Positions 8,945 to 16,732 of a stretch of DNA of 32,000 nt are shown piece after piece. The first letter of the stretch is position 1. Each line of letters starts with the position of its first letter. The translations under genes and the position numbers were made by a program. Source of the stretch: Clostridiales bacterium (GTDB lineage Bacteria; Bacillota; Clostridia; Oscillospirales; Butyricicoccaceae); assembly GCA_019421385.1 (NCBI GenBank), contig JAHZFK010000022.1, positions 1 through 32,000 of the forward strand, read 5' to 3'. The notes below the pieces were generated by a model. That model ran no database searches. It was not told where the DNA came from and saw only the letters and a list, made by a program, of their open reading frames with translations.

Positions 8945-9267
8945 GTTTTTTTACAGACAGTGGAAAGCCACAGCACAGAAACCCATCGTTTGCAAACCGC
9001 CTATATATACTTTATATATAATAGTATTCTCACACAAGGATGCACTTATCCCTCAGTGGAAACTGTTCCCCACTCTACCTATTTGCACTCACCTTTGCTT
9101 TTGTCATTTCCCCACCCACAATCGAAAAATGTCATTTTGTAACCGTTCTTTGTGCACTAACAGATTCCGAGTGAAAAAAATCGACCGTTTTTTTCATGTG
9201 TCCATACAGATATTCCGTTTATGCAGAGCAGAAATTATGTAGTTTGCACAAAAATGCAAAAAAGTGT

Positions 9268-9296
9268 TTGACAAATACGCGATTGTAAAGTATCAT
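9268..9296 (+). promoter_or_regulatory. Sigma-A promoter for the 3D-domain protein gene
   Basis: Consensus TTGACA (9268-9273)-17 nt-TATCAT (9291-9296), implying a ~100-nt CA-rich leader. Confidence 0.6.
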
Positions 9297-9408
9297 AGGT
9301 TACAGATCAGAAACAGATCGACAACAAATCAGTAACAACCAGAAAACCAATCGGTTATTCCGATGTCGCGTTACCGCGGGTTTTCACCACAATGTAGGAG
9401 TGTAACAC

Positions 9409-10065
9409 ATGTTCTTTTCTTTGCGAAAGCATGCATCCAAACTGATTGCTGCAACGCTGGCAGTCAGCACGATGGCCTCCATCAGTGCTGCGGCGCTCGA
9501 TCAGCCGGTTGCAATGCTCTCATCCAACCTGAACGCATCGGTCGGTACGGTTCTCAACTCCGATCAGATCAACACAGCGGAACAGGCACTTACCAAGGCA
9601 GAGGCGGAGGCTAAGAAAAAGGCTGAAGCAGAGTCTGCACAGCAGACCGCTTCCAACAAGCCCTCTTCCAATCAGCAGTCCTCCGGCAGCGATTTGCTGA
9701 CCGCGCCGGTATCTGCGAAGACGGTTGCTTACTCTTCTTCTCTTCTGGCAACCGATGCGATCAAAAACAATTCGACCGCGCTGGGCAACTACAAGCTGAC
9801 TTTCTATTGCCCCTGTGAGAAGTGCAACGGCGTTGCCGATGCAAAGACCGCTTCTGGCACGACCCCCACTGAGGGCCGCACGATTGCCGTAGATTCCTCG
9901 ATCATCCCGCTGGGCAGCCGCGTCTATATCGAAGGCTACGGCGTGTTCATCGCAGAGGATACCGGCGGAGCGATCAAGAACAGCAAGATCGACGTGTTTG
10001 TTTCTTCGCATGACCGCGCATATGAACTTGGCGTTCAGTACGCAAACATCTATCTGCTGGGCTAA
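9409..10065 (+). CDS. Secreted 3D-domain (MltA/RlpA-like barrel) cell-wall-associated protein
   Basis: 218 aa with a signal peptide (KLIAATLAVSTMASISAAA) and a low-complexity AEAK/Q/S linker. The C-terminal 3D domain reads YKLTFYCPCEKCNG...GRTIAVD...IPLGSRVYIEGYGVFIAEDTGGAIKNSKIDVF. Confidence 0.8.
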   Translation: MFFSLRKHASKLIAATLAVSTMASISAAALDQPVAMLSSNLNASVGTVLNSDQINTAEQALTKAEAEAKKKAEAESAQQTASNKPSSNQQSSGSDLLTAPVSAKTVAYSSSLLATDAIKNNSTALGNYKLTFYCPCEKCNGVADAKTASGTTPTEGRTIAVDSSIIPLGSRVYIEGYGVFIAEDTGGAIKNSKIDVFVSSHDRAYELGVQYANIYLLG

Positions 10066-10079
10066 GACAAATTGATTTT

Positions 10080-10111
10080 AGGGACTATGCTTGCATAGTC
10101 CTTTTTCTTTT
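10080..10111 (+). terminator. Rho-independent terminator of the 3D-domain gene
   Basis: Stem GGACTAT (10082-10088) / ATAGTCC (10095-10101) with a 6-nt loop, followed by TTTTTCTTTT. Confidence 0.7.
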
Positions 10112-10119
10112 GCTATGAT
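10091..10119 (+). promoter_or_regulatory. Candidate niaR promoter overlapping the upstream terminator
   Basis: TTGCAT (10091-10096)-17 nt-TATGAT (10114-10119), with the ATG at 10145 after AAGGAG. Confidence 0.5.
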
Positions 10120-10144
10120 AGGAATACTAAGGAGTGACTGTATC

Positions 10145-10672
10145 ATGAATGCTGCTGAACGGCGCACCAAAATCACCCAGCTTCTCATGCAAACGCAAAA
10201 GCCGCTTTCCGCCACCGCATTGGCTGCACAATGCGGCGTCAGCCGGCAGATCATCGTAGGCGATGTCGCGCTCCTGCGCGCTGGTGGGCTTTCCGTGCTG
10301 GCCACCCCCCGCGGTTACATTTTGGAGAGCGCTGCTTCTTCCTCCGTCCATCCAGAACGGCGTGTAGTGTGCCGCCATGGTGACGACCGTCTGCTCGAAG
10401 AACTGTACACAGTCGTCGATTTGGGCGGCGCCTTGCTGGATGTAACCGTCGAGCATTCGGTTTACGGCCAGATCTGTGCACCGCTCCATATTTTTTCCCG
10501 CTATGACGCCGATATGTTCTGCGAAAAACTCAAAAGCCCTGCTGCCCGTCCCCTGTGCGAGCTGACAGGCGGCATCCATCTGCATACGCTGCGCGCACAG
10601 GACGAGGAGACGCTCAACCGTGTGATACAGGGCCTAAAAGAGAAGGGCTTCCTGCTCACGGATGAAAAATAA
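10145..10672 (+). CDS. niaR: NAD-biosynthesis transcriptional repressor NiaR (YrxA family: HTH + 3H domain)
   Basis: ATG at 10145 after AAGGAG; the ORF-track start at 10091 is an extension. The N-terminal HTH is LSATALAAQCGVSRQIIVGDVALLRAGG. The C-terminal His-containing 3H domain includes CRHGDD...VEHSVYG...IHLHTL. Confidence 0.8.
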   Translation: MNAAERRTKITQLLMQTQKPLSATALAAQCGVSRQIIVGDVALLRAGGLSVLATPRGYILESAASSSVHPERRVVCRHGDDRLLEELYTVVDLGGALLDVTVEHSVYGQICAPLHIFSRYDADMFCEKLKSPAARPLCELTGGIHLHTLRAQDEETLNRVIQGLKEKGFLLTDEK

Positions 10673-10685
10673 TATACGACAACAG

Positions 10686-10720
10686 AAAAGCCGCAGATGA
10701 AAGCATCTGCGGCTTTTTTA
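10686..10720. terminator. Bidirectional terminator between convergent niaR and glnS
   Basis: Stem GCCGCAGATG (10690-10699) / CATCTGCGGC (10704-10713) with a 4-nt loop. An A-run lies upstream and TTTTTT downstream. Confidence 0.8.
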
Positions 10721-10723
10721 TTC

Positions 10724-12385
10724 TCACTTTTGCAGCGTCTTGGCAAAGCTGTCCTTGAGCGTAACAATACGATTGAAGCGGCCCTCTTCCCTGTCCTTCA
10801 CATAGTAACCCATGCGGACAAACTGGAAGCGTTCGCCCTCCTTCGCGTCCTTGAGCGACGGCTCCAGCTTGCAGCCCGTCAGCTTTTTCAACGAGTCCGG
10901 ATTGAGATAATCCAGATAATCCGTACCCTCCGGAACGTCGTTGACGTTTTCCAGCGTGAACAGATTGTCGTACAGGTACAGGTCGGCATCCAGCGCGTGC
11001 GCAGCAGATACCCAATGGATCGTACCCTTGACCTTACGGCCATCTGCGGGCATACCGTTGCCTGTCTCGAGATCGGCCGTGCAGCGAATCTCGACGATAT
11101 CACCGTTCTCATCCTTGACAATCTCGTTGCAGCGGACGATATATGCGCCCATCAGGCGCACCTCACCGTCCGGCTTGAGGCGCTGGAACTTCGGAGGCGG
11201 CACCTCGGCAAAATCGCTCTTTTCGATATACAGCTCGCGCGTAAACGGTACCTTGCGTGTGCCTGCATCCTCGTTACGCGGATTGTTCGGCACCTCAAAC
11301 TCCTCGCACTTGTCTTCCGGATAGTTGGTGATGACAAGCTTGATCGGCTCCGTGACCGCCATACGGCGCAGCGCGGTCTCGTTCAGCTCCTCACGGATGC
11401 AGTGCTCCAGCAGCTTGATATCGACTAGAGAATCCGCCTTGGCAACGCCTGCGCGCTGCACGAAGTCCAGAATTGCGCTCGGTGTATAGCCGCGACGGCG
11501 CAGCGCACACAGCGTAGGCATACGCGGGTCATCCCAACCCTCGACGTGCTTTTCAAACACCAGCTGACGCAGGTACCGCTTGGACATAACCGTGTGCGTC
11601 ACATTCAGGCGTGCAAACTCGCGCTGCTTGGGATGGTGCGGCAGCGGGCAGTTGTCCACGACCCACTCGTACAGCGGACGATGGTTCTCGAACTCGATTG
11701 AGCACAGCGAATGCGTGATGCCCTCGATCGCATCCTGAATCGGGTGTGCAAAATCATACAGCGGATAGATGCACCACTTGTCACCCTGACGATGGTGATG
11801 CGCGCGCACGATGCGGTAAATCGCAGGATCACGCAGATTCATGTTCGGGCTTGCCATGTCGATCTTGGCGCGCAGCGTCTTGGAACCGTCCTCGAACTTG
11901 CCTGCACGCATGTCCGCAAACAGCTGCAAATTCTCCTCGACCGAACGGTTACGGTACGGGCTTTCCTTGCCCGGCTCAGTCAAGGAGCCACGGTAAGCGC
12001 GCATTTCCTCCTGCGTCAGATCGTCCACATAGGCCTTGCCATCCTTGATGAGCGCAACCGCGCACTCGTAGCAGGTCTCAAAATAGTCCGAACCGTAGTA
12101 CACGCCGCCCGACGGCTCCTCACCGGTCAGCCACTTGATGTCCTCCCAAATCGAGTCGACATACTCGGTGTCCTCCTTGACCGGGTTGGTATCATCGTAG
12201 CGCAGGTTGAACAGGCCGTCATACTTCTTGCCGATCGACCAGTTAATGAAGATTGCCTTAGCCGAACCGATGTGCAGATAGCCGTTCGGCTCGGGCGGGA
12301 AACGGGTATGAATGCGCTCGTTCAGTCCCGCCGCAATGTCCTCGTCAATGATTTCGGTCAGAAAGTTATTTACATTTTCCATCAT
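10724..12385 (-). CDS. glnS: Glutaminyl-tRNA synthetase
   Basis: 553 aa. It has a HIGH-type motif ([14 protein letters not shown]), a KMSKS-type motif (VMSKR) and the GlnRS C-terminal anticodon-binding barrels. Confidence 0.9.
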   Translation of the reverse strand: MMENVNNFLTEIIDEDIAAGLNERIHTRFPPEPNGYLHIGSAKAIFINWSIGKKYDGLFNLRYDDTNPVKEDTEYVDSIWEDIKWLTGEEPSGGVYYGSDYFETCYECAVALIKDGKAYVDDLTQEEMRAYRGSLTEPGKESPYRNRSVEENLQLFADMRAGKFEDGSKTLRAKIDMASPNMNLRDPAIYRIVRAHHHRQGDKWCIYPLYDFAHPIQDAIEGITHSLCSIEFENHRPLYEWVVDNCPLPHHPKQREFARLNVTHTVMSKRYLRQLVFEKHVEGWDDPRMPTLCALRRRGYTPSAILDFVQRAGVAKADSLVDIKLLEHCIREELNETALRRMAVTEPIKLVITNYPEDKCEEFEVPNNPRNEDAGTRKVPFTRELYIEKSDFAEVPPPKFQRLKPDGEVRLMGAYIVRCNEIVKDENGDIVEIRCTADLETGNGMPADGRKVKGTIHWVSAAHALDADLYLYDNLFTLENVNDVPEGTDYLDYLNPDSLKKLTGCKLEPSLKDAKEGERFQFVRMGYYVKDREEGRFNRIVTLKDSFAKTLQK

Positions 12386-12412
12386 AGTGTTATTCTTCCC
12401 CCAAAAACCGAA

Positions 12413-14065
12413 TTAAAGCGCGTTCGCGCAGCGTTCCAGACGCTCCAACACCTTGTCGTGTCCCAGAATGCCCATGACCGTCTGCAAATCGGGCGCGTTC
12501 TGCCGTCCGGCAACCGCCACACGGATGACCATGGAAACATCGCCCACCGCACCCTTGTATGCGGACGGATCAGCCTTGTACGCCTTGGTATCCGCAGCAT
12601 AACCGTGTGCCGATGCGATCTGCTTCATCTTTTCAAAAAAGCCATCCGGCGTGTCGTTTTCGTCAAACATCTGCGCAAAGTCCGCAAGGATCGCCTTGGC
12701 ATCCTCCGCAGACACGCGCTCCGGCATGGTGTAGTCCGGCTGGAACAGTTCGTCAAACATGAAGTCCATATAGCCCTTTGCATCCGACCAGAGCGCCAAA
12801 TCCTTACGCGGTTTCTTGCCGCCGCGTCCGATGGCGAGGTACGCCTTGGAGAAGGCCGGGTCGCGGGTAAGCAGGTCATGGAACGGCTTATCGTTCTGCG
12901 CGCTCCACGACGCAAGATAATCATATACCGTGTCGGCGGACATGCGCGAAATGACGTTCTTGGAAACGTCGTGCAGCTTTTCAATGTCAAACAGCGCGCC
13001 CGAACCACTCATCTTCTTGGTCGAGAACGGGAAATCGTTCATCGGCAGGTCGGGATTGGCGCGCCGCCATTCCTCGAAATTGGAGTTGAGCAGCGTCATT
13101 AGGTACTCGAGCACCGCCGGCACCGGATAACCCTCCTGCTCATAGAAGGTCAGCGCGAGTTCAGGATCCTTGCGCTTGGACAGCTTGCGCTTGCCGCCGG
13201 TCTCGGGGTCGATCTTCATCAGCTGCGCAGTGTGCGCATACTTGGGCGCCTTCCAGCCCATCGCGCGGAACAGCTGCAAATGTACCGGCAGAGTCGCCAG
13301 CCATTCCTCGCCGCGCACGACCACGGTCGTACCCATCAGATGATCGTCCACGACATGCGCGAAGTGATAGGTCGGGATGCCGTCCGACTTGAGGATGACG
13401 ATATCCTGATCGTTCTCGGTGACCTCCATCTTACCCTTGACGAGATCCTCATGGCGGATCTTATTTTCGATGCTGCCCTCCGAACGGAAGCGCACGACAT
13501 AGGGCGTGCCTTTGTTGAGTTCAGCCTGGATATCCTCCATCGGGCGGTCACGCCACACAGCATATTTGCCGTAATAGCCGAAATTCTCCTTGTTGGCCTC
13601 CTGCTGGGCATGTGCCGCCGCAAGTTCCTCCTCCGTGCAGAAGCACGGATAGGCCATACCGCGCTGCACCAGACTCTTGACAAAGGTCTGGTAAATCTGT
13701 GCGCGCTGACTCTGGCGGTACGGGCCATATGCGCCGTTATCGCCGTCGAGCGTTGCGCCCTCGTCAAAGTTCAGGCCGAACGCACGGAACACCTCGATGA
13801 TGGTGCGCACGCCCCCCTCGACCTCGCGCTTTTTGTCGGTATCCTCAATGCGCAGATAGAACACACCGCCCGACTGGTGCGCCAAGCGCTCGTCCACCAG
13901 CGCGCCATACAAATTGCCCAGATGCATGAAGCCCGTCGGACTCGGGCCCATACGGGTCACCTTTGCGCCCTCCGGCAGCGTGCGTTTGGGATAGCGCGCC
14001 TCAATGTCCTCCGGCGTGGTGTTGATATGCGGGAACAGCAGTTCCGCCAAACGGTTATAATCCAT
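12413..14065 (-). CDS. gltX: Glutamyl-tRNA synthetase
   Basis: ATG at 14065 after GGAG; the ORF-track start at 14248 is an extension. It has a HIGH-type motif (PSPTGFMHLGNLYGA) and a KMSKS-type motif (KLSKR). Only 27 nt separate it from glnS. Confidence 0.9.
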   Translation of the reverse strand: MDYNRLAELLFPHINTTPEDIEARYPKRTLPEGAKVTRMGPSPTGFMHLGNLYGALVDERLAHQSGGVFYLRIEDTDKKREVEGGVRTIIEVFRAFGLNFDEGATLDGDNGAYGPYRQSQRAQIYQTFVKSLVQRGMAYPCFCTEEELAAAHAQQEANKENFGYYGKYAVWRDRPMEDIQAELNKGTPYVVRFRSEGSIENKIRHEDLVKGKMEVTENDQDIVILKSDGIPTYHFAHVVDDHLMGTTVVVRGEEWLATLPVHLQLFRAMGWKAPKYAHTAQLMKIDPETGGKRKLSKRKDPELALTFYEQEGYPVPAVLEYLMTLLNSNFEEWRRANPDLPMNDFPFSTKKMSGSGALFDIEKLHDVSKNVISRMSADTVYDYLASWSAQNDKPFHDLLTRDPAFSKAYLAIGRGGKKPRKDLALWSDAKGYMDFMFDELFQPDYTMPERVSAEDAKAILADFAQMFDENDTPDGFFEKMKQIASAHGYAADTKAYKADPSAYKGAVGDVSMVIRVAVAGRQNAPDLQTVMGILGHDKVLERLERCANAL

Positions 14066-14114
14066 TTTGTTCACTCCAACTTCCTTGATGGGTATTTTCG
14101 CCCATGATAGGAAT

Positions 14115-14143
14115 ATTTTATCACAGCGCAACGCGCGGTGCAA
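14115..14143 (-). promoter_or_regulatory. Sigma-A promoter with extended -10 for the gltX-glnS operon
   Basis: Minus strand reads TTGCAC-17 nt-(TGa)TAAAAT. The -35 is the complement of 14138-14143 and the -10 the complement of 14115-14120. The leader is only about 40 nt. Confidence 0.55.
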
Positions 14144-14201
14144 GGCACAAAGCGCATCAATCGACGGCTTCCGCGGCCCCGGTTTTTGACATAGCTGCGC
14201 G

Positions 14202-14243
14202 GGAAAAGGCAAAGCGGCATGGCGCATCTGCCATGCCGCTTTT
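14202..14243 (-). terminator. Terminator ending the apbE operon
   Basis: Stem GCGGCATGGC (14214-14223) / GCCATGCCGC (14230-14239). On the minus strand it is followed by TTTGCCTTTT. Confidence 0.75.
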
Positions 14244-14259
14244 CGCAAGCCCCGCTCCC

Positions 14260-14601
14260 TTACGGATTGACCGTTTTGGGGTTTGTGTCCGCGCCGGTAT
14301 CCGCCGTACCGGTTGTCGTGCCCTTATCGTTGCCCGTTACCGCATCGCCGACTTTGTCCATGCCGTTATCAATTGCATTTCCGGCACTATCCATACCGTT
14401 CTCCACGGCATCACCCGCATTGTCCATACCGTTCTGGATGTCATCACCGACGGTGTTACCATTGTCCACCACGCCGTCATTGTTCGTGTCCTCTGTCACG
14501 TTATTGTTCGTGTCATTCGGATTGGTTTCATCCGTCGTGTTGGAGCAGCCGCAGGCAAACACCATCGTCAGTGCGGCCAGCAAAGCGATCAGCCTTTTCA
14601 T
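14260..14601 (-). CDS. Small acidic Asp/Asn/Gly/Thr-rich lipoprotein with three 11-aa tandem repeats
   Basis: 113 aa with AAGGAGG upstream. The lipoprotein signal is MKRLIALLAALTMVFAC-G. The mature part contains IQNGMDNAGDA / VENGMDSAGNA / IDNGMDKVGDA. Confidence 0.6.
   Translation of the reverse strand: MKRLIALLAALTMVFACGCSNTTDETNPNDTNNNVTEDTNNDGVVDNGNTVGDDIQNGMDNAGDAVENGMDSAGNAIDNGMDKVGDAVTGNDKGTTTGTADTGADTNPKTVNP
14356..14454. repeat. 3 x 33-bp imperfect tandem repeat inside the lipoprotein gene
   Basis: The units are 14356-14388, 14389-14421 and 14422-14454. All share (G/A)TCCAT(G/A)CCGTT at the unit start and stay in frame (11 codons each). Confidence 0.7.
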
Positions 14602-14652
14602 TGCATTTCCTCCTTATATATTTGCCGTTAGTATAGGAGGCGCTTCGCTTTT

Positions 14653-15165
14653 TTATACGTTAAAATCAATTTTTTGCATATGCGATAATACCACCGAGCA
14701 GGTCAGCCCGGTCACAAGGCCGAGCGGCACGCTCATCACCAGCAGGAACGGCAGATACGCCACCACTGCGCCGGTCTGCATCCAGATGACAGCCGCGATG
14801 ATCTGCCCGATGTTGTGCGCCGCCGCGCCCGCAACGCTCACCCCCAGCAGCGAACAGAACCATTCCTCTGCGCGCAGCAGCAACCACATGACCGCAAGCG
14901 ACAGCAAGCCGCCGAACAACGAAAACAAAAACGCCGTCACGCTGCCCATCAGCAGGCTGGATAGCGCTACGCGGCACAGCAGCACCACCAGCGCGTCCCG
15001 CGCAGACAGGCGTGTCAAGGCAAAGAGCGTCACCACATTGGCCAGACCGAGCTTCACCCCCGGCACCGGCACGACCGCATCCAGCGGGAACAGCCGCTCC
15101 ACGAGCGACAAAACGACTGCCAATGCGGTCAACATGCCGCAAAGCGTCAACTTTTTTGCTTGCAC
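14653..15165 (-). CDS. Gx transporter family membrane protein (formerly 'heptaprenyl diphosphate synthase component I'-like)
   Basis: 170 aa with a GTG start at 15165 after GAAGGG. It has about 5 TM segments. The N-terminus (KKLTLCGMLTALAVVLSLVERLFP...PGVKLGLANVVTLFAL) is typical of this family. Confidence 0.7.
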   Translation of the reverse strand: MQAKKLTLCGMLTALAVVLSLVERLFPLDAVVPVPGVKLGLANVVTLFALTRLSARDALVVLLCRVALSSLLMGSVTAFLFSLFGGLLSLAVMWLLLRAEEWFCSLLGVSVAGAAAHNIGQIIAAVIWMQTGAVVAYLPFLLVMSVPLGLVTGLTCSVVLSHMQKIDFNV

Positions 15166-15180
15166 GGTCTCACCCTTCCG

Positions 15181-15552
15181 TTACGATACAATCGCGTCGA
15201 TCTCTCCGGTCTCCCCCACGATTTTCAGCACCACGCGGTTGGGCAGGCAAACCGCGACCTGTCCCGCACGCGTCAGCGTTCCTGTGCGCACACACACCTG
15301 ATCGTGGCAATCCGCCGATGCCATACGCGCGGTTTTTCCGGACAGCACAATCACATTATGTCCATCCAAATCAATGGTGCGGTCGGTTTCATCGGTCAGT
15401 GCGACGCGCTCGATGAGCGCATTGTCCTGCCAGACCTCCGCATACAGCAGGTCACCCTTTGTACCTGCGGCAAACCACACAGCGAGCGCTGCCGCGAGCA
15501 TCAGCACGACACCGATGATGACAAAGTCACCCCATTTGAGCCTACTGCGCAT
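15181..15552 (-). CDS. Membrane-anchored NusG-domain-II-containing protein
   Basis: ATG at 15552 overlaps the apbE stop by 11 nt; the ORF-track start at 15702 is an extension. One N-terminal TM segment is present (FVIIGVVLMLAAALAVWF). It is followed by a beta-rich domain with CHDQVCV...G..AVCLPN. Confidence 0.7.
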   Translation of the reverse strand: MRSRLKWGDFVIIGVVLMLAAALAVWFAAGTKGDLLYAEVWQDNALIERVALTDETDRTIDLDGHNVIVLSGKTARMASADCHDQVCVRTGTLTRAGQVAVCLPNRVVLKIVGETGEIDAIVS

Positions 15553-16576
15553 CGGTATACCCTTTCTCCGCGCCGAGGAAGGTATAGGTGCAGGCCGAAG
15601 CGACTGCGTCCGTCGTGTAAATCTGCTGATCCGATGTGATAAATACCGCTGCAATATCGTTTTCCTCACAAAACGCCAGACCATCGTCCAAACCCATAAC
15701 AAACAGCGCGGTCGTCATCGCATCCGCACGGGTCGAATTTGAGTCGATCACCGTCACGCTGCGCAGACCGGTATCCGCCGGATAGCCGGTTTTCGGGTCG
15801 AAAATATGATGATATCGCTTGCCGTTCTGCTCAAAATAGCGCTCATAATCGCCCGATGTGACAACCGAAGCATCCCGCACCTCGACCGTTGCCAGAAACT
15901 CCGCATTGTTGTCCGGGTCGGCAATGCCGACCACCCAGTTTCCGCCATCGCGTGACGGGTTTTCTCCGAACGCGCCGATGTTACCACCCAGCTGCACCAG
16001 CGCGCCGGTAGCCGCGCCCTCCGGTTGCTGCGTAAGCAACGCAAACACAGCATCAGTTGCAAAGCCCTTGCCAATACCGCCCAAATCCAGCTGCGCCCCG
16101 TTCAGCAGCTGCACCTGATTGTCTCCGAGCAGCTTGATATTCTCATAGCCCACATGGGTCAGCGCTTCATCGATCTCTGCCTGCGTAGGCACATGCGCAT
16201 TTTCCGTATTGATGCCCCACAAATCGGTCAGCGGCGTCATGGTCGGGTCAAACATGCCTCCGGTCAGCTCGGCATACTGCACTGCCGCCTCAATCGCCGC
16301 ATAGGTATCGTCGCTGACTTCACACACTGCCCCATCTGCATGGTTAAGACGATACAGGTCGCTGTCCTCCCGCGTGCGGGACAAGGCAGGCTCCAGCGCA
16401 TTGACCGCCTGCTCGCAGGCCACAGCAGCTTTCTGCGCGTTATCCTCGCTGTCTCCGTACACGGAAACCGCCATAAAGGTATCCATGGCAAAAAAATCAG
16501 TTGTATAGCTTGCTTGCTTTCCTGCGCAGCCTGTCAATCCAATCAGCAGCAAAAATGCCGCAAGAACTCGCTTCAT
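15542..16576 (-). CDS. apbE: FAD:protein FMN transferase (ApbE family), lipoprotein
   Basis: ATG at 16576 after GAGGAG. The lipobox is MKRVLAAFLLLIGLTGC. ApbE core motifs are visible (FAMDT, FDPT, DLGGIGKGFA, TSGDYERYF, HHIFDP.TG.P). Confidence 0.85.
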   Translation of the reverse strand: MKRVLAAFLLLIGLTGCAGKQASYTTDFFAMDTFMAVSVYGDSEDNAQKAAVACEQAVNALEPALSRTREDSDLYRLNHADGAVCEVSDDTYAAIEAAVQYAELTGGMFDPTMTPLTDLWGINTENAHVPTQAEIDEALTHVGYENIKLLGDNQVQLLNGAQLDLGGIGKGFATDAVFALLTQQPEGAATGALVQLGGNIGAFGENPSRDGGNWVVGIADPDNNAEFLATVEVRDASVVTSGDYERYFEQNGKRYHHIFDPKTGYPADTGLRSVTVIDSNSTRADAMTTALFVMGLDDGLAFCEENDIAAVFITSDQQIYTTDAVASACTYTFLGAEKGYTDAQ

Positions 16577-16608
16577 ACCGTGCTCCTCATTACAAAAAAT
16601 CATGTACC

Positions 16609-16637
16609 ATTATAATACACCGCGAAAAAATGCGCAA
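16609..16637 (-). promoter_or_regulatory. Sigma-A promoter for the apbE operon
   Basis: Minus strand reads TTGCGC-17 nt-TATAAT. The -35 is the complement of 16632-16637 and the -10 the complement of 16609-16614. Confidence 0.55.
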
Positions 16638-16690
16638 GGATGGCTTTTTATGCTTTTCTTTTTCATCATTCGCCACCGCACAAGCAGCAA

Positions 16691-16725
16691 GGCGCTGCGG
16701 CCATTGCAGCCGCAGCGCCTTTTTC
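16691..16725. terminator. Stem-loop terminator after tyrS
   Basis: Perfect 10-bp stem GGCGCTGCGG (16691-16700) / CCGCAGCGCC (16710-16719). The T-run is good on the plus strand (TTTTT) and only moderate on the minus strand (TTGCTGCTTG). Confidence 0.55.
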
Positions 16726-16732
16726 ATCATGC

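Noticed and set aside
9132-9197. 21-codon minus-strand mini-ORF (MKKTVDFFHSESVSAQRTVTK)
   Set aside because: It has only a weak GGA upstream and is not hydrophobic or otherwise peptide-like. It also overlaps the A7-N7-T7 palindrome. There is nothing to support it without ribosome profiling data.
8831-9242. 103-aa and 108-aa plus-strand ORFs in the rnj / 3D-gene intergenic region
   Set aside because: They have no RBS and low-complexity, aromatic/His/Cys-rich sequences in AT-rich DNA. They overlap each other and the rnj promoter and leader.
9297-9408. Possible c-di-AMP (ydaO-type) riboswitch in the leader of the 3D-domain cell-wall gene
   Set aside because: The leader is only ~100 nt, CA-rich and poorly structured, with one 5-bp CGCG hairpin. 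It lacks the conserved ACGGGG / GGGGUGAAUC / CCGA-type blocks I associate with that motif.
11711-13102. 463-aa plus-strand ORF spanning the glnS/gltX junction
   Set aside because: It lies antisense to two aminoacyl-tRNA synthetase genes and crosses their intergenic gap. Its composition is skewed to R/L/V/H and it has no start context.
14066-14143. T-box leaders upstream of gltX (and likewise tyrS, 17957-18058)
   Set aside because: The available upstream space is about 40-100 nt. That is far shorter than a T-box, and no specifier-loop/antiterminator architecture or T-box sequence is visible.
14219-15301. 360-aa plus-strand ORF over the lipoprotein, Gx-transporter and NusG-II genes
   Set aside because: It is a Ser/Pro/Thr/Ala-rich antisense frame crossing three real minus-strand genes and a terminator. 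It has no RBS.
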